Shown: one piece after another, positions 33,648 to 43,511 of the stretch
How positions within the stretch are numbered: the stretch's first letter is position 1
Layout: the number at the start of each line of letters is the position of its first letter
Assembly (NCBI GenBank): GCA_902465325.1
Contig: CABQMV010000001.1
Coordinates: 1 to 47,626 of the forward strand
DNA length: 47,626 nt
Direction of reading: 5' to 3'
DNA from: an uncultured Oscillospiraceae bacterium
GTDB lineage: Bacteria > Bacillota > Clostridia > UBA1212 > SIG427
Made by a program: the position numbers and the translations under genes
Notes under the pieces: generated by a model
The model's database searches: none
Seen by the model: only the letters and a program-made list of their open reading frames with translations
What the model was told of the DNA's origin: nothing

Positions 33648-34729
33648 GTAAAATCACCTGTTCCGCCGCCGGCTGCCAGCTTTTCACTCTGGTCCACGGT
33701 AATCAGTGCATCAACCATTTCATCCAGATTTCCTTCCAAAAACTCCCCCAGCTTATACAGGGTCAAATCAATTCTGTGATCCGTCACTCTGTTTTGAGGA
33801 TAATTATAGGTCCGGATCCTTTCACTTCTGTCTCCGGTTCCGATCTGACTTTTTCTGTCTGCAGATAAGCTCTTATTCTGCTCTGCCTGCTGTATGTCAA
33901 ACAATTTCACCTTCAGCATACTAAGCGCCTGCTCTTTGTTTTTCAGCTGAGACCGCTGGTTCTGGCAAGTCACGACAATACCAGTAGGCTTATGGGTAAT
34001 TCTGATAGCAGAATCCGTTTTGTTAATATGCTGTCCGCCGGCTCCGCCCGACCGATAGGTATCAATCTGCAGATCATTCATATTCAGGCTTACCTCCACG
34101 CTGGGCGTCTCCGGCAGCACCGCCACCGTGGCAGTAGAGGTATGGATCCTGCCCTGGGATTCTGTGCTGGGCACACGCTGTACCCGATGCACGCCGCTTT
34201 CAAATTTCAGCCGGCTGTAAGCGCCCCGCCCCTGTATCATAAATACAATTTCCTTCAGTCCTCCAATTTCCGTTTCGTTTTCATCCACCACTTCCAGATG
34301 CCATCCCCGTTTTTCTGCATATTTGGAATACATACGGAATAAAACCGCGCCGAACAGGGCCGCTTCTTCTCCGCCGGCTCCCCCACGGATCTCCACATAT
34401 ACATTTTTATCGTCGTTGGGATCCTTTGGCGTCAGCAGAAGCTTCAGCCGCTGCGTAAGCTCTGCCTTTTTCTCTTTCAGCTCCTCAAACTCCGACTGCG
34501 CCAGCTCTCTGAAATCTGCTTCCAACGTCTCCTCCAGCAGAGCCCTTGTCTGAACCAGATTGTCCTCATTGGTTTTATATTCTCTATATACGGTTACCAG
34601 CTCCTCCAGCTCACTGTGCTCGGTAACCACCTGGCGGTAAAGTTCTGTATTCCCAAGTATCTCCGGGTCCATCAGCTTTTGCGTCAGCTCCTCATACCGG
34701 TTCTCCGCCGCCTGTAATTTAGAAAGCAT
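33644..34729 (-). CDS. prfA: peptide chain release factor 1
   Basis: The PST (tripeptide anticodon position) reads VPSTES here. GGQ motif SGGAGGQHINKT. Confidence 0.95.
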   Translation of the reverse strand: MLSKLQAAENRYEELTQKLMDPEILGNTELYRQVVTEHSELEELVTVYREYKTNEDNLVQTRALLEETLEADFRELAQSEFEELKEKKAELTQRLKLLLTPKDPNDDKNVYVEIRGGAGGEEAALFGAVLFRMYSKYAEKRGWHLEVVDENETEIGGLKEIVFMIQGRGAYSRLKFESGVHRVQRVPSTESQGRIHTSTATVAVLPETPSVEVSLNMNDLQIDTYRSGGAGGQHINKTDSAIRITHKPTGIVVTCQNQRSQLKNKEQALSMLKVKLFDIQQAEQNKSLSADRKSQIGTGDRSERIRTYNYPQNRVTDHRIDLTLYKLGEFLEGNLDEMVDALITVDQSEKLAAGGGTGDFT

Positions 34730-34762
34730 ATGGTCCGTTCTCCTTCTTCTTTGACATTTTTC

Positions 34763-35359
34763 CTAAAAATCCCGCCGGCCCTGCAGGGCTCTTGCCAGCG
34801 TCACTTCATCGGTGTATTCCAAATCTCCGCCTACAGGCACCCCGTGGGCAATACGGGTCACACGTACTCCAAAAGGCTTAATAAGCCGAGACAGGTACAT
34901 GGCCGTAGCTTCTCCCTCTACATTAGGATTTGTGGCAAGAATTACCTCTTTCACATCCTCATGGATTCTGAGTACCAGCTCTTTTATTTTAATCTCATCC
35001 GGCCCCACTCCATTCAGAGGAGAAATCGCCCCATGAAGCACATGATATACCCCTTTGAATTCTCTGGATCTTTCCATAGCCGCTACATCCCGCGGATCCT
35101 GCACCACGCAAATGACAGAATGGTCCCTGCTCATATTGCCGCAGATATCGCACACTTCTCTGTCAGAAATATTTTGGCACTCTGTGCAGAAGGTAAGGGT
35201 CTCCCTGGCATGGACAATCGCCTCTGCCAGCCTTCTGGCTTCCTCTACAGTGCCGTCTAATACATGAAAAGCCAGTCTCTGGGCATTTTTATGGCCGATC
35301 CCCGGTAGCTTTTCAAATTCCTCTATCAACTTGGTAAGAGATGCTGAAAAAAGCGCCAT
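34763..35359 (-). CDS. recR: recombination protein RecR
   Basis: Hh[15 protein letters not shown], zinc finger [16 protein letters not shown], and a Toprim region. Confidence 0.95.
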   Translation of the reverse strand: MALFSASLTKLIEEFEKLPGIGHKNAQRLAFHVLDGTVEEARRLAEAIVHARETLTFCTECQNISDREVCDICGNMSRDHSVICVVQDPRDVAAMERSREFKGVYHVLHGAISPLNGVGPDEIKIKELVLRIHEDVKEVILATNPNVEGEATAMYLSRLIKPFGVRVTRIAHGVPVGGDLEYTDEVTLARALQGRRDF

Positions 35360-35362
35360 AAG

Positions 35363-35725
35363 TTATATCATTCCGCCCAATCCCGCGTTATATTTGCTCA
35401 TAGCCTCCTCGTTCATGGCATCGCATTTTTCCGCCGCATCGTTAAAGGCCGCTGTAATTAAATCCTCTAGCATCTCTACATCCTCCGGATCAACTACTTC
35501 TGGCTTTATGCAGACACTTTTTAATTTCTGATCACCTGTCATAACTATGGAAACAGCACCGCCGCCTGAAGTCCCGGTTACTTCCTGTGCCGCCAGTTCT
35601 TCTCTGTCCTTCTCCATGGCAGCCTGCATCTGCTGTGCCTGCCGAAGCATCTGCTGCATATTATTTCCGCTTCCTGCATTGGGCCGCTTCACACCGAAAC
35701 CGCCTCTCATTCCGCCCTTACCCAT
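35363..35725 (-). CDS. ybaB: YbaB/EbfC family nucleoid-associated protein
   Basis: MQQMLRQAQQMQ..., VVDPEDVEMLEDLITAAFNDA. Confidence 0.9.
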   Translation of the reverse strand: MGKGGMRGGFGVKRPNAGSGNNMQQMLRQAQQMQAAMEKDREELAAQEVTGTSGGGAVSIVMTGDQKLKSVCIKPEVVDPEDVEMLEDLITAAFNDAAEKCDAMNEEAMSKYNAGLGGMI

Positions 35726-35799
35726 ATATATCCATTCCTTTCGCCATGTATTAAACTACATGGCATATTTTAACACGATCCCCCATAAGAAACAAGAGA

Positions 35800-35825
35800 C
35801 GCATCCCTCCAAGAAGAGGGATACG
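35800..35825 (-). terminator. terminator after the GH13-like gene
   Basis: CGCATCCCTC / GAGGGATACG stem (9 of 10). A T-rich tract follows on the minus strand. Confidence 0.5.
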
Positions 35826-35875
35826 CCTCCTGTTGTAATCAATCGCCAGCTGTACTTCGGAGAGTGCAGCGCCTT

Positions 35876-38440
35876 TTACGCATACAGATCCGTTCTGCCG
35901 GAAAAGTAAGCTTTAATCTTTATATAATCCATAGAGGTCAATTTGCCGTCCTTCGATACATCCATAGCAAAAAAGTACGGACCTGCCAGCACACTGGAAT
36001 CTTTAAAATACCGTTTCAGACGAAGGTAATCTGTACTGTTTACCTTGCCGTCCCCATTGGCATCGCCATACACAATAACAGTTTTCTGCGCCGCCACACT
36101 GCCGCCGGAGACACTTTGCAGAATAAAACCTGTCCCTACGGACCCTGCCTGGAGCGCTGTGCCGTCTGTTTTCAAAACCCGGAGGGAATCCTGATACTTG
36201 AAATTACAGATAAAATCCTCCAGCGCCGTACCTTCTCTGACTTCCGCCACATAGTCCTCAGTCAGCTCATAAGTACTGTCCGCCGTCAGTTCAATACTGC
36301 TGGTAATTTCCACAGCGCCGGGAGCCGCCTCCACCAAGTAGATGCCTACATGGTCTCTTTCAATATTGACAGTAAAGATCTCCAATTCCGCTCTACTGCC
36401 CTGGGCAATAAGCTCTCCCGTAAGAAGATCCTTTATGAGATATTCTGTCACGCTGGGCAGCTGCATATGGTCAAACGGAACGCTAAGAGTTTTTTCAGTA
36501 GAGGAAAATTTGTTCATGGCCACTATAATTCCCTTTCCGCCGCCAAATCTTGCGTAAGCGCCGCCTACTGTGTTTTGACTTCCGCCGTTGGTTTGTACGG
36601 AGCAGATATTGGTCTCCCTGTGATCCTCCGGAAACACGCCAAATATTTCCGGATAGCTCCACCGTATGGCAATATATTTTTTATAGTCTTCAAAAAAGCA
36701 TCGGTTTTCGTATTGGTACAGCTTATCCCAGTTCAGAGTTTTACAATATTGCACGCCGTTAGCGGCATTATCATTCCACTCCTCCCCCATAAACCACAGA
36801 GGAATAAAAGGCGCCAATATAGCCTGATATCCTACATATGCCCGATTCCCCACAGCACAGGGCACCTGGTGGTCATGGCAGGACAGCATAAAAGTATAAT
36901 ATTTGAAGGCGCCTCCCTTTCCGGCATTCTGCAGCTCTACGGAGCCAATCATATTTCCGGAGGTACAGGCTCTTACAATGCTGGCACCGTTCATGAAAAT
37001 CTTATTGGACATCATCATATTATACTCTGTGTTGGTGGCTACATTTACCCCCAGCTGCTCCATATCATAGGTGTAGCTTCCCGCTGTCCCTCTGGTGTTG
37101 GTATGCTCTGACATAACAGCAATTTTTCTTCCCTGATCGGCAAGCCGTTCCCGTACCTCCAGAAACAGACTGTACCCTGTATAAGAGGGCTCACAGTCGC
37201 AGCGGATTCCGTCTGCTCTCGTCTTGAGCATATTATCAACCCATGTACTGATATACCATTCCCGCAGTGTACTGCTGTTCCAGTTAAAGGCAGCGCCCCC
37301 CCAGGCCGTTCCGCTGAACCAGTCAGGATGTTCTGTATACAGAGGCGAGCTGTAAGCAACGCCCCAGGTAATCGCATCTAAAAATACCCTGATATTCCTT
37401 TCATGGGCGGCATCTACAAACTCCTTTACAACTCTCCAGCCCTCTTCATAATCCGTTGTACCGGTTAAGCTGGAATGAACGGTGTGAGGACCTGCATTTG
37501 CATAGCCGGCATTGGTATCGTTAAAGTCATAGCCGTCGTATATGGGCGTTAACCAAATACCGTTTACTCCCATTTCTTCATACAAATCAAGAAGTCTAAC
37601 CGCCCCCTGAAAGGTTCGTTCGGGAGAGGCCGCGGCCACCTTGACCTCTGCAATAACAAGCTGTGAAAGCCAGTCCGGACTGCCGTTTTCATCTACTGTT
37701 ACCTGGCTGTCCGGCACATACTTAGGCGTTAGCTGTCTGTTGTCTACAATCGTTCCCCACTCACAGTCTCCGTTGTGAATGGAGGCCAGCGTAAAGGACG
37801 CCGTATGAAAACCCTGTTTAGGCACCGTAGAAAACTGTACATATACCTCATTGATATCCGTAATATTTTCCGCCACTGCCTCCGCAGAAACGGTAAAAGC
37901 AGTGCCGTTGACCTCTGCCGTAACCGACTGGTCCTGATTCACTGTAAAACGGATATCCAGCTTCCCTGAGACGGTCTGGCTGAAAGGGATCTGAGAATCA
38001 CAGTCATACCGGTTTGTTCCGGTATTGACACCTAAATGGCTGCCGTTTTTCAGCACAAACCGCAGAGCGTTGTCCCGCTGCGCATTGGAGGCTCCCCGGT
38101 TGGACAGCCAAAAGCTGAGCCCGTCTCCCTGAAAATTCTCAATTGATATGTGAAGGCCATGGATCCCGTAGGTTTCCTTGGTATACGTCCTTACATTCAT
38201 ATTGGCACAATTTTGAAATACAATATCTCGCCCGTATTTCTCTCCGTACGTTACCTGGAGGCTGTCCGGCCAGCTGTCGGCCGCATAGCAGGTCTCGGAG
38301 CCGGCTCCGTAGTAATAGGCATCTACATTTTTCTGTTCCGGCTCCGCAGATGCTGATTTTACCGTAAGAACCGGAAGATTCGTCAGCAGACAGCTCACCA
38401 AAAGGATAAAGGCCAGTAAAACAGAAACGAGTCTTCTCAT
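35876..38440 (-). CDS. secreted alpha-amylase-family (GH13-like) enzyme with C-terminal type I dockerin
   Basis: Signal peptide MRRLVSVLLAFILLVSCLL. GVNGIWLTPIYD, DGIRCDCEP, LSCHDH. C-terminal duplicated Ca-binding segments DANGDGKVNSTDYLRLKRY and DVSKDGKLTSMDYIKIKAY. Confidence 0.75.
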   Translation of the reverse strand: MRRLVSVLLAFILLVSCLLTNLPVLTVKSASAEPEQKNVDAYYYGAGSETCYAADSWPDSLQVTYGEKYGRDIVFQNCANMNVRTYTKETYGIHGLHISIENFQGDGLSFWLSNRGASNAQRDNALRFVLKNGSHLGVNTGTNRYDCDSQIPFSQTVSGKLDIRFTVNQDQSVTAEVNGTAFTVSAEAVAENITDINEVYVQFSTVPKQGFHTASFTLASIHNGDCEWGTIVDNRQLTPKYVPDSQVTVDENGSPDWLSQLVIAEVKVAAASPERTFQGAVRLLDLYEEMGVNGIWLTPIYDGYDFNDTNAGYANAGPHTVHSSLTGTTDYEEGWRVVKEFVDAAHERNIRVFLDAITWGVAYSSPLYTEHPDWFSGTAWGGAAFNWNSSTLREWYISTWVDNMLKTRADGIRCDCEPSYTGYSLFLEVRERLADQGRKIAVMSEHTNTRGTAGSYTYDMEQLGVNVATNTEYNMMMSNKIFMNGASIVRACTSGNMIGSVELQNAGKGGAFKYYTFMLSCHDHQVPCAVGNRAYVGYQAILAPFIPLWFMGEEWNDNAANGVQYCKTLNWDKLYQYENRCFFEDYKKYIAIRWSYPEIFGVFPEDHRETNICSVQTNGGSQNTVGGAYARFGGGKGIIVAMNKFSSTEKTLSVPFDHMQLPSVTEYLIKDLLTGELIAQGSRAELEIFTVNIERDHVGIYLVEAAPGAVEITSSIELTADSTYELTEDYVAEVREGTALEDFICNFKYQDSLRVLKTDGTALQAGSVGTGFILQSVSGGSVAAQKTVIVYGDANGDGKVNSTDYLRLKRYFKDSSVLAGPYFFAMDVSKDGKLTSMDYIKIKAYFSGRTDLYA

Positions 38441-38598
38441 AAAATTACCATTCCTCTCTTATTCATATAGGCGGACAGGTGCCACCGCCTGGATTCTAGT
38501 GTAATCTTATCATTGAAGATTTTTGTTTTCAATGGCTTTCACTAATTATGAAAAATATGTTTACGCACTATAACATTGTACTAATTTTTCTGTACAGC

Positions 38599-38638
38599 AG
38601 AAGAGGCCGTTCAAAACTCAGCCTGAGCAGCCTCTTCT
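38599..38638. terminator. hairpin downstream of thuA-like operon
   Basis: AGAAGAGGC / GCCTCTTCT form a perfect 9-bp stem with a 22-nt loop. No T-run. Confidence 0.3.
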
Positions 38639-38673
38639 ATACCGTACATGTATCAAATATTTTTAAGGGTCCT

Positions 38674-39408
38674 TTAATCTGTCGGCTTCTCTACACAGGG
38701 GCAGCTCAGCTCCTGTATCCTGTACGCCGAATATGCCCAGTTCACTGCATTTTTAATAATCTGCTGGATATACGGGTTGTGATAGGTAGGATAGCTCTCA
38801 TGTCCGGGCTGAAAATAGAAAACCTTACCGTTTTCACGGCGCCAGCAGCAGCCGGCCCTGAACACCTCTCCCGGTGAAAAAGAGGCAATAAATACCAATT
38901 TGTCCGGCTCCGGAATGCCAAAGGGTTCCCCGTACATTTCCTCCATAGGCAGCGTAATGTGTTCAGGAATTCCCTGCGCAATCGGATGAGAGGGGTCAAT
39001 GACCCAGAGACGCTCTTTGTCCTCGGATTCTCTCCAGTGGAGATTACAAGAAGTCCCCATTAAGGTCTTAAAAACCTTTGAGTGGTGGGCAGAATGAAGA
39101 AAAATAATGCCCATTCCTCTACGAACGGCATCTGCCACCATAGCCACTGCCTGGTCAGGTACTTCGTTGTGCTTGCTGTGCCCCCACCAGAGCATTACAT
39201 CTGTGCTGTCAAGCAGCTCCCTTGTGATGCCTGCATTTTCCACCGCTTCTCCATTGGTGTCAAACTGTGTAACGGTTTTTACCGCAAACTCCTCTTTCAG
39301 AAAGTCTTTCAGATATTTATGGATCCCCTCTGGATAATGGGCCAATACTGCCTCCTGCTTCCAAAGATTTTCCTGGCAAAACTCATGCCACACCGTAACT
39401 TGAATCAT
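38674..39408 (-). CDS. ThuA-domain protein
   Basis: MIQVTVWHE, DVMLWWGH, IIFLHSAHHSKVFKTLMGTSCNLHWRE, EEMYGEPFGIPEPD, FYFQPGHESYPTYH. Confidence 0.85.
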   Translation of the reverse strand: MIQVTVWHEFCQENLWKQEAVLAHYPEGIHKYLKDFLKEEFAVKTVTQFDTNGEAVENAGITRELLDSTDVMLWWGHSKHNEVPDQAVAMVADAVRRGMGIIFLHSAHHSKVFKTLMGTSCNLHWRESEDKERLWVIDPSHPIAQGIPEHITLPMEEMYGEPFGIPEPDKLVFIASFSPGEVFRAGCCWRRENGKVFYFQPGHESYPTYHNPYIQQIIKNAVNWAYSAYRIQELSCPCVEKPTD

Positions 39409-39436
39409 CCTATTCCCTCCTCTTTTCTGTAACAAA

Positions 39437-40213
39437 TTATTGAAGTCCGGTCCCTATATACGGCACCAGTCTAAAATCCTCAGGATTTTTGCGAATAATA
39501 TAGTCTATATAAGAATCAATTAAATTGGCAGTAAATATATACCCGCTGGCATTCATATGGCCGTAAAGGTAAAAGTGCCTCTTAAACTCCTCATCATATA
39601 CAGGACCGTACTGATACAGGTCAATTACATAGCAATTGTCAAAGTAAGCAGCCAGATCATAAAGAGCCTTTGCATGGGCCTTTCGCTTGGCGTCCTCCTC
39701 GTCTCCCTCTCTTGGGATCGTGACCAAAAAGAATTTTGCACGGGGCTGAATAGACTGATACCGCTGAATAATCATGGCATAACAGCCGATAAAGGACTGC
39801 GTATTATTCCAGAAATTATTCCTGTCAATATCCTCTACAGAGCCGATCTCCTGCTTGGCACCAAATAAATCGTTGACCCCCAGCGCAATGACATAAGCCT
39901 GCGCCGCCATCTCAGGACTCCAGTACCGTTTCTGATCGGCAAACCAGTCTATATATCCCTGTGCCGTCATCCCTCCCTGAGAAAAGTTGTATGCCTTCAA
40001 TCCGTTTTTTCGGGCAATATACTGGCCCCAGGAGTATTCAAAATAATCGTGGTAGCCCGGCTGTCCCAGGGGATCTCTTGATTCAAATTCCCCCGATGAA
40101 AGACTGTCTCCTACAAAGGCCATTGTTCTAAAAATCGAGGTGTGGCTGATGCCGTTTACAAAGCGGTCCAGGGGCCGTTCCTCTTCATCATAAAGTTCCT
40201 TTTTCCAATCCAT
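39437..40213 (-). CDS. SGNH/GDSL-family hydrolase (esterase)
   Basis: Block I FVGDSLSSG, block III GVNDL, and a C-terminal H. Confidence 0.8.
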   Translation of the reverse strand: MDWKKELYDEEERPLDRFVNGISHTSIFRTMAFVGDSLSSGEFESRDPLGQPGYHDYFEYSWGQYIARKNGLKAYNFSQGGMTAQGYIDWFADQKRYWSPEMAAQAYVIALGVNDLFGAKQEIGSVEDIDRNNFWNNTQSFIGCYAMIIQRYQSIQPRAKFFLVTIPREGDEEDAKRKAHAKALYDLAAYFDNCYVIDLYQYGPVYDEEFKRHFYLYGHMNASGYIFTANLIDSYIDYIIRKNPEDFRLVPYIGTGLQ

Positions 40214-40225
40214 AAAACACCACTC

Positions 40226-41290
40226 CTATATATTTACTGAAACTGCAATCCCCTTCTCGGCGGATTCAAAGGCAGCCTCCATAACCTCCATGACACGCAG
40301 AGCCTCCTCCGGTTTAATGGTAAGCTCTGCCCCTTCAATGGCAGCTACCAGCTGACGGTATACCACATGAAGGCCATCCTCCACATCCTCAGGCTCAGAA
40401 AGAGGAATATGCTCTACTGATTCAGGGCAGCGCGGCGCCATTGTCTTTGTGGGGCCCGCCTTTGTCATAAAAATCTCCTCTTCCCATACATTGTTCTTGT
40501 CCAGTACTCGGACAATCTCACCGCTGCAGTCCCAGTCATTGATCTGCAAAGTGCCCTCCGTTCCCAATACATACCACCGGGGTTTGGTTATGTAGTTGTT
40601 GGTCGCCACCTCAATAAAAGCGGTCAAGCCGTCTGCAAAGGTAAGGGACAGATGAAAATTATCGTCAACTTCAGGATAATCAATTTTATACATTTTGCAG
40701 AACACATTGGTAACCGCCGACCGGTTCATATACATCAGCTGGTCAATAAGATGGACCCCCCAGTCCAGCATCATACCGCCTCCCAAACGCTTTAAGGTAC
40801 GCCAGCCGCTGGGCATTCCCCGAGAGCCCTCAACACGGGATTCAATGTGATAGGGCCTGCCGATACTGCCAGCCTCTACATGGCGGCGCATCAATACAAA
40901 ATCCCGGTTTGTTCTGCGGTTCTGATCAATGGTAAAGACCCTGCCGGTTTCTTTTGACACGGCCATTACCTCTTTAAGCTCTGAAGCGTTCATAGTCACC
41001 GGCTTCTCACACAGAACATGCTTGCCGTGCCGCATAGCATCGATACAAATCTCCGCATGAACCTCATTGGTAGTGGAAACAAGAACTATGTCAATTTCGC
41101 AGTCAGACAGCAGGGCTTCTCTGGACTCATATGCCACCAGCCCTCCTTTTTCGGCCAGCGCCTGTCGGGACGGGTTTAGGTCAAAAACCCCTTTTATTAC
41201 AACCCGCTGCTCCGGATGGCTGAGGATGCTGTTATAATGACTGTGGGCCACTCCGCCGTACCCAATAATCCCTAATTTGTATAGCTTCAT
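40226..41290 (-). CDS. Gfo/Idh/MocA family oxidoreductase
   Basis: Rossmann N-terminus LGIIGYGGVAHSH and a CEKP motif. Confidence 0.9.
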   Translation of the reverse strand: MKLYKLGIIGYGGVAHSHYNSILSHPEQRVVIKGVFDLNPSRQALAEKGGLVAYESREALLSDCEIDIVLVSTTNEVHAEICIDAMRHGKHVLCEKPVTMNASELKEVMAVSKETGRVFTIDQNRRTNRDFVLMRRHVEAGSIGRPYHIESRVEGSRGMPSGWRTLKRLGGGMMLDWGVHLIDQLMYMNRSAVTNVFCKMYKIDYPEVDDNFHLSLTFADGLTAFIEVATNNYITKPRWYVLGTEGTLQINDWDCSGEIVRVLDKNNVWEEEIFMTKAGPTKTMAPRCPESVEHIPLSEPEDVEDGLHVVYRQLVAAIEGAELTIKPEEALRVMEVMEAAFESAEKGIAVSVNI

Positions 41291-41319
41291 TGTCTATCCC
41301 CTTTACATATCTGATCTGT

Positions 41320-42285
41320 CTATGCCCACCACATCTCGCCGGCAGTCTTGGTAATAAGCACATCCTTTAAGAAAGCAATGGCCTTCTCCAGTCCCTCCTC
41401 AGGCGACATAAGGGCATCTTCATGTTCAATACTGACAGAGCCGTCATATCCTACTGCCTTCAAGGCAGAGATGATATGCTTCCACACCTGTCTGCCGTGT
41501 CCGTAGCCCACTGTCCGGAAGATCCAGGAGCGCCCTAGGATATCTCCATAGTTTTTGATATCCAGCACGCCGTTTACGGAAGTGTTTCGGTCATCGATTT
41601 TGGTATCCTTTGCATGAAAATGATAAATAGCTCCCTGCAAAGCTTTAATGGCCTCTACAGGGTCAATCCCCTGCCAAAAAAGATGGGAGGGGTCCACATT
41701 GGCACCGATACAGTCTCCCACTGCACTTCTCAGCCTCAAACAGGTCTCAGGATTATACACCACAAATCCCGGATGCATTTCAAAAGCAATTCTCTCTACC
41801 CCGTGGGCCTTTGCAAAGGCTGATGTTTTTTCCCAATAGGGAATCACCCTTTCCTCCCACTGCCATTTGAGAATTTCGGTAAAATCTTCAGGCCACGGGC
41901 ACGTCACCCAATTAGGCCTTTTAGATTCCTGGCAGTCTCCGGGACAGCCTGCAAAGCCCACAATGGTTTGGACCTCAAGAGCCTCACACGCCAAAATGGC
42001 GTTTTTGAAGTCTCTGTCAAACCGGTCCCCCGTTTCCTTATCAGGATGAAGAGGATTTCCGTGACAGGCAATGGCAGAAATGCTGACATCATATTGCTCC
42101 ATAAGGGCTTTCCATTCTTTTATTTTTTCCGGGCTTTTCAAAAGCGCTTCCGGATCCAGGTGATGGTTGCCCGGATACCCGCCTGCCCCAATTTCCATTT
42201 CATGAACATCATGGCCCTGTAAAAATTTCAGCGCCTCCTCAAACGTATAGCCGCCGAAAACCGGATTCATTACACCAAGCCTCAT
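41320..42285 (-). CDS. sugar phosphate isomerase/epimerase (xylose-isomerase-like TIM barrel)
   Basis: Length and pattern fit (IAFEMHPG, HFHAKD, SIEHED). Confidence 0.8.
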   Translation of the reverse strand: MRLGVMNPVFGGYTFEEALKFLQGHDVHEMEIGAGGYPGNHHLDPEALLKSPEKIKEWKALMEQYDVSISAIACHGNPLHPDKETGDRFDRDFKNAILACEALEVQTIVGFAGCPGDCQESKRPNWVTCPWPEDFTEILKWQWEERVIPYWEKTSAFAKAHGVERIAFEMHPGFVVYNPETCLRLRSAVGDCIGANVDPSHLFWQGIDPVEAIKALQGAIYHFHAKDTKIDDRNTSVNGVLDIKNYGDILGRSWIFRTVGYGHGRQVWKHIISALKAVGYDGSVSIEHEDALMSPEEGLEKAIAFLKDVLITKTAGEMWWA

Positions 42286-42303
42286 AAGTAAGTCTCCTTT
42301 TCC

Positions 42304-43383
42304 CTACAGTTTCACCTCTGCGCCAATCTCCGCCGATTTGTACATAGCTTCTAAAATTTTAACGATATTCAGGCCCTGTATCGGCACAAAATCAGGCTGC
42401 TCTTTGCCCGAAATTACATGATAGAAGTGACGGAGGTTCTGTATATGGGCAATTTCCCCGCCCCCAAGGTTGGGAACCAAGTCAACGGTGACACCGTTTT
42501 CCTCCGTAAAAATCTTAAATTTCCCATCCCTGGTATCTGTAGAGGCACCGGCCTTTGTCCCCCGCAGATCTACAAACACTTTCTCGCATTCTACATTAGA
42601 GGCCCATGAAAATTCAATCTGCATGGTACATCCATTGTCAAAGCGAATAAAGCCAAATGCCAGATCCTCCACGTCAAAGATGCCGCCTGCCTTGGCCTCG
42701 CCGTACATGGAATGAACCGAGTCTGCCTCTGTGTCGCTTTCGGCAAATTTACAGTAGGTGGCGCCGGAAACAGAAACCGGGGTCGGATTTCCCATGAGCC
42801 AGATACACAGGTCTATCATATGTACGCCAAGATCAATAAGAGGGCCGCCCCCTGACTGGGCTTTTGTTGTAAACCAGCCACCCTTGCCGGGAATCCCTCT
42901 CCTTCTCTGCCAGCCGCAGCGGGCCGTATAAATATCTCCCATTTTCCCTTCCTCAATGTATTTTTTGAGGAATTTAGAATACTCATTGTACCGGTTATTT
43001 CTCATAACCATCAATACCTTCCCGCTTTTTTCCGCGGCCAGCTTCATTTTTTCTGCCTCCCCAACGGATACCGCGTCAGGTTTTTCACAGAAGACGTGAA
43101 TCCCTTTATTAAGAGCCTCTACCGCAATAATTGAATGAAGATAATTGGGCGTACAGATATCAACCGCATCCAGTCCGGGAACATTCAAAAGCTCTTTATA
43201 GTCCTTGTAGCAAGCTTTTTTTGAAAGACCGATTCCATCCGTCACAGCTTCTGCCTTTGAAAGAACAATGTCGCACACCGCTGCAATCTCTACCTCCGGA
43301 TTATTGATATAGAGGGGAAGATGTGCGGAATTAAAAATACCGCCGCAGCCCACAATACCCACCTTTAGTTTTTTCGTTTCCAT
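42304..43383 (-). CDS. Gfo/Idh/MocA family oxidoreductase
   Basis: VGIVGCGGIFNSAH and CEKP. Start taken at the internal ATG (METKKLK). Confidence 0.9.
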   Translation of the reverse strand: METKKLKVGIVGCGGIFNSAHLPLYINNPEVEIAAVCDIVLSKAEAVTDGIGLSKKACYKDYKELLNVPGLDAVDICTPNYLHSIIAVEALNKGIHVFCEKPDAVSVGEAEKMKLAAEKSGKVLMVMRNNRYNEYSKFLKKYIEEGKMGDIYTARCGWQRRRGIPGKGGWFTTKAQSGGGPLIDLGVHMIDLCIWLMGNPTPVSVSGATYCKFAESDTEADSVHSMYGEAKAGGIFDVEDLAFGFIRFDNGCTMQIEFSWASNVECEKVFVDLRGTKAGASTDTRDGKFKIFTEENGVTVDLVPNLGGGEIAHIQNLRHFYHVISGKEQPDFVPIQGLNIVKILEAMYKSAEIGAEVKL

Positions 43384-43511
43384 ATGTAAGTCCCCTTTCA
43401 CAGTAAAAATTACTGGCCTTTTCTTTAAAGAAAGTATAGTATATTAAAAACAAATATTGTATAATATATTCAATAAAAAATATCATTTTTTTGTCACGAG
43501 GGGATGCTCCT

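Noticed and set aside
33153-33779. 208-aa plus-strand ORF
   Set aside because: It is antisense to tsaC and prfA.
35864-37111. 415-aa plus-strand ORF
   Set aside because: It is antisense to the dockerin/GH13-like gene, with no RBS and no recognisable domain.
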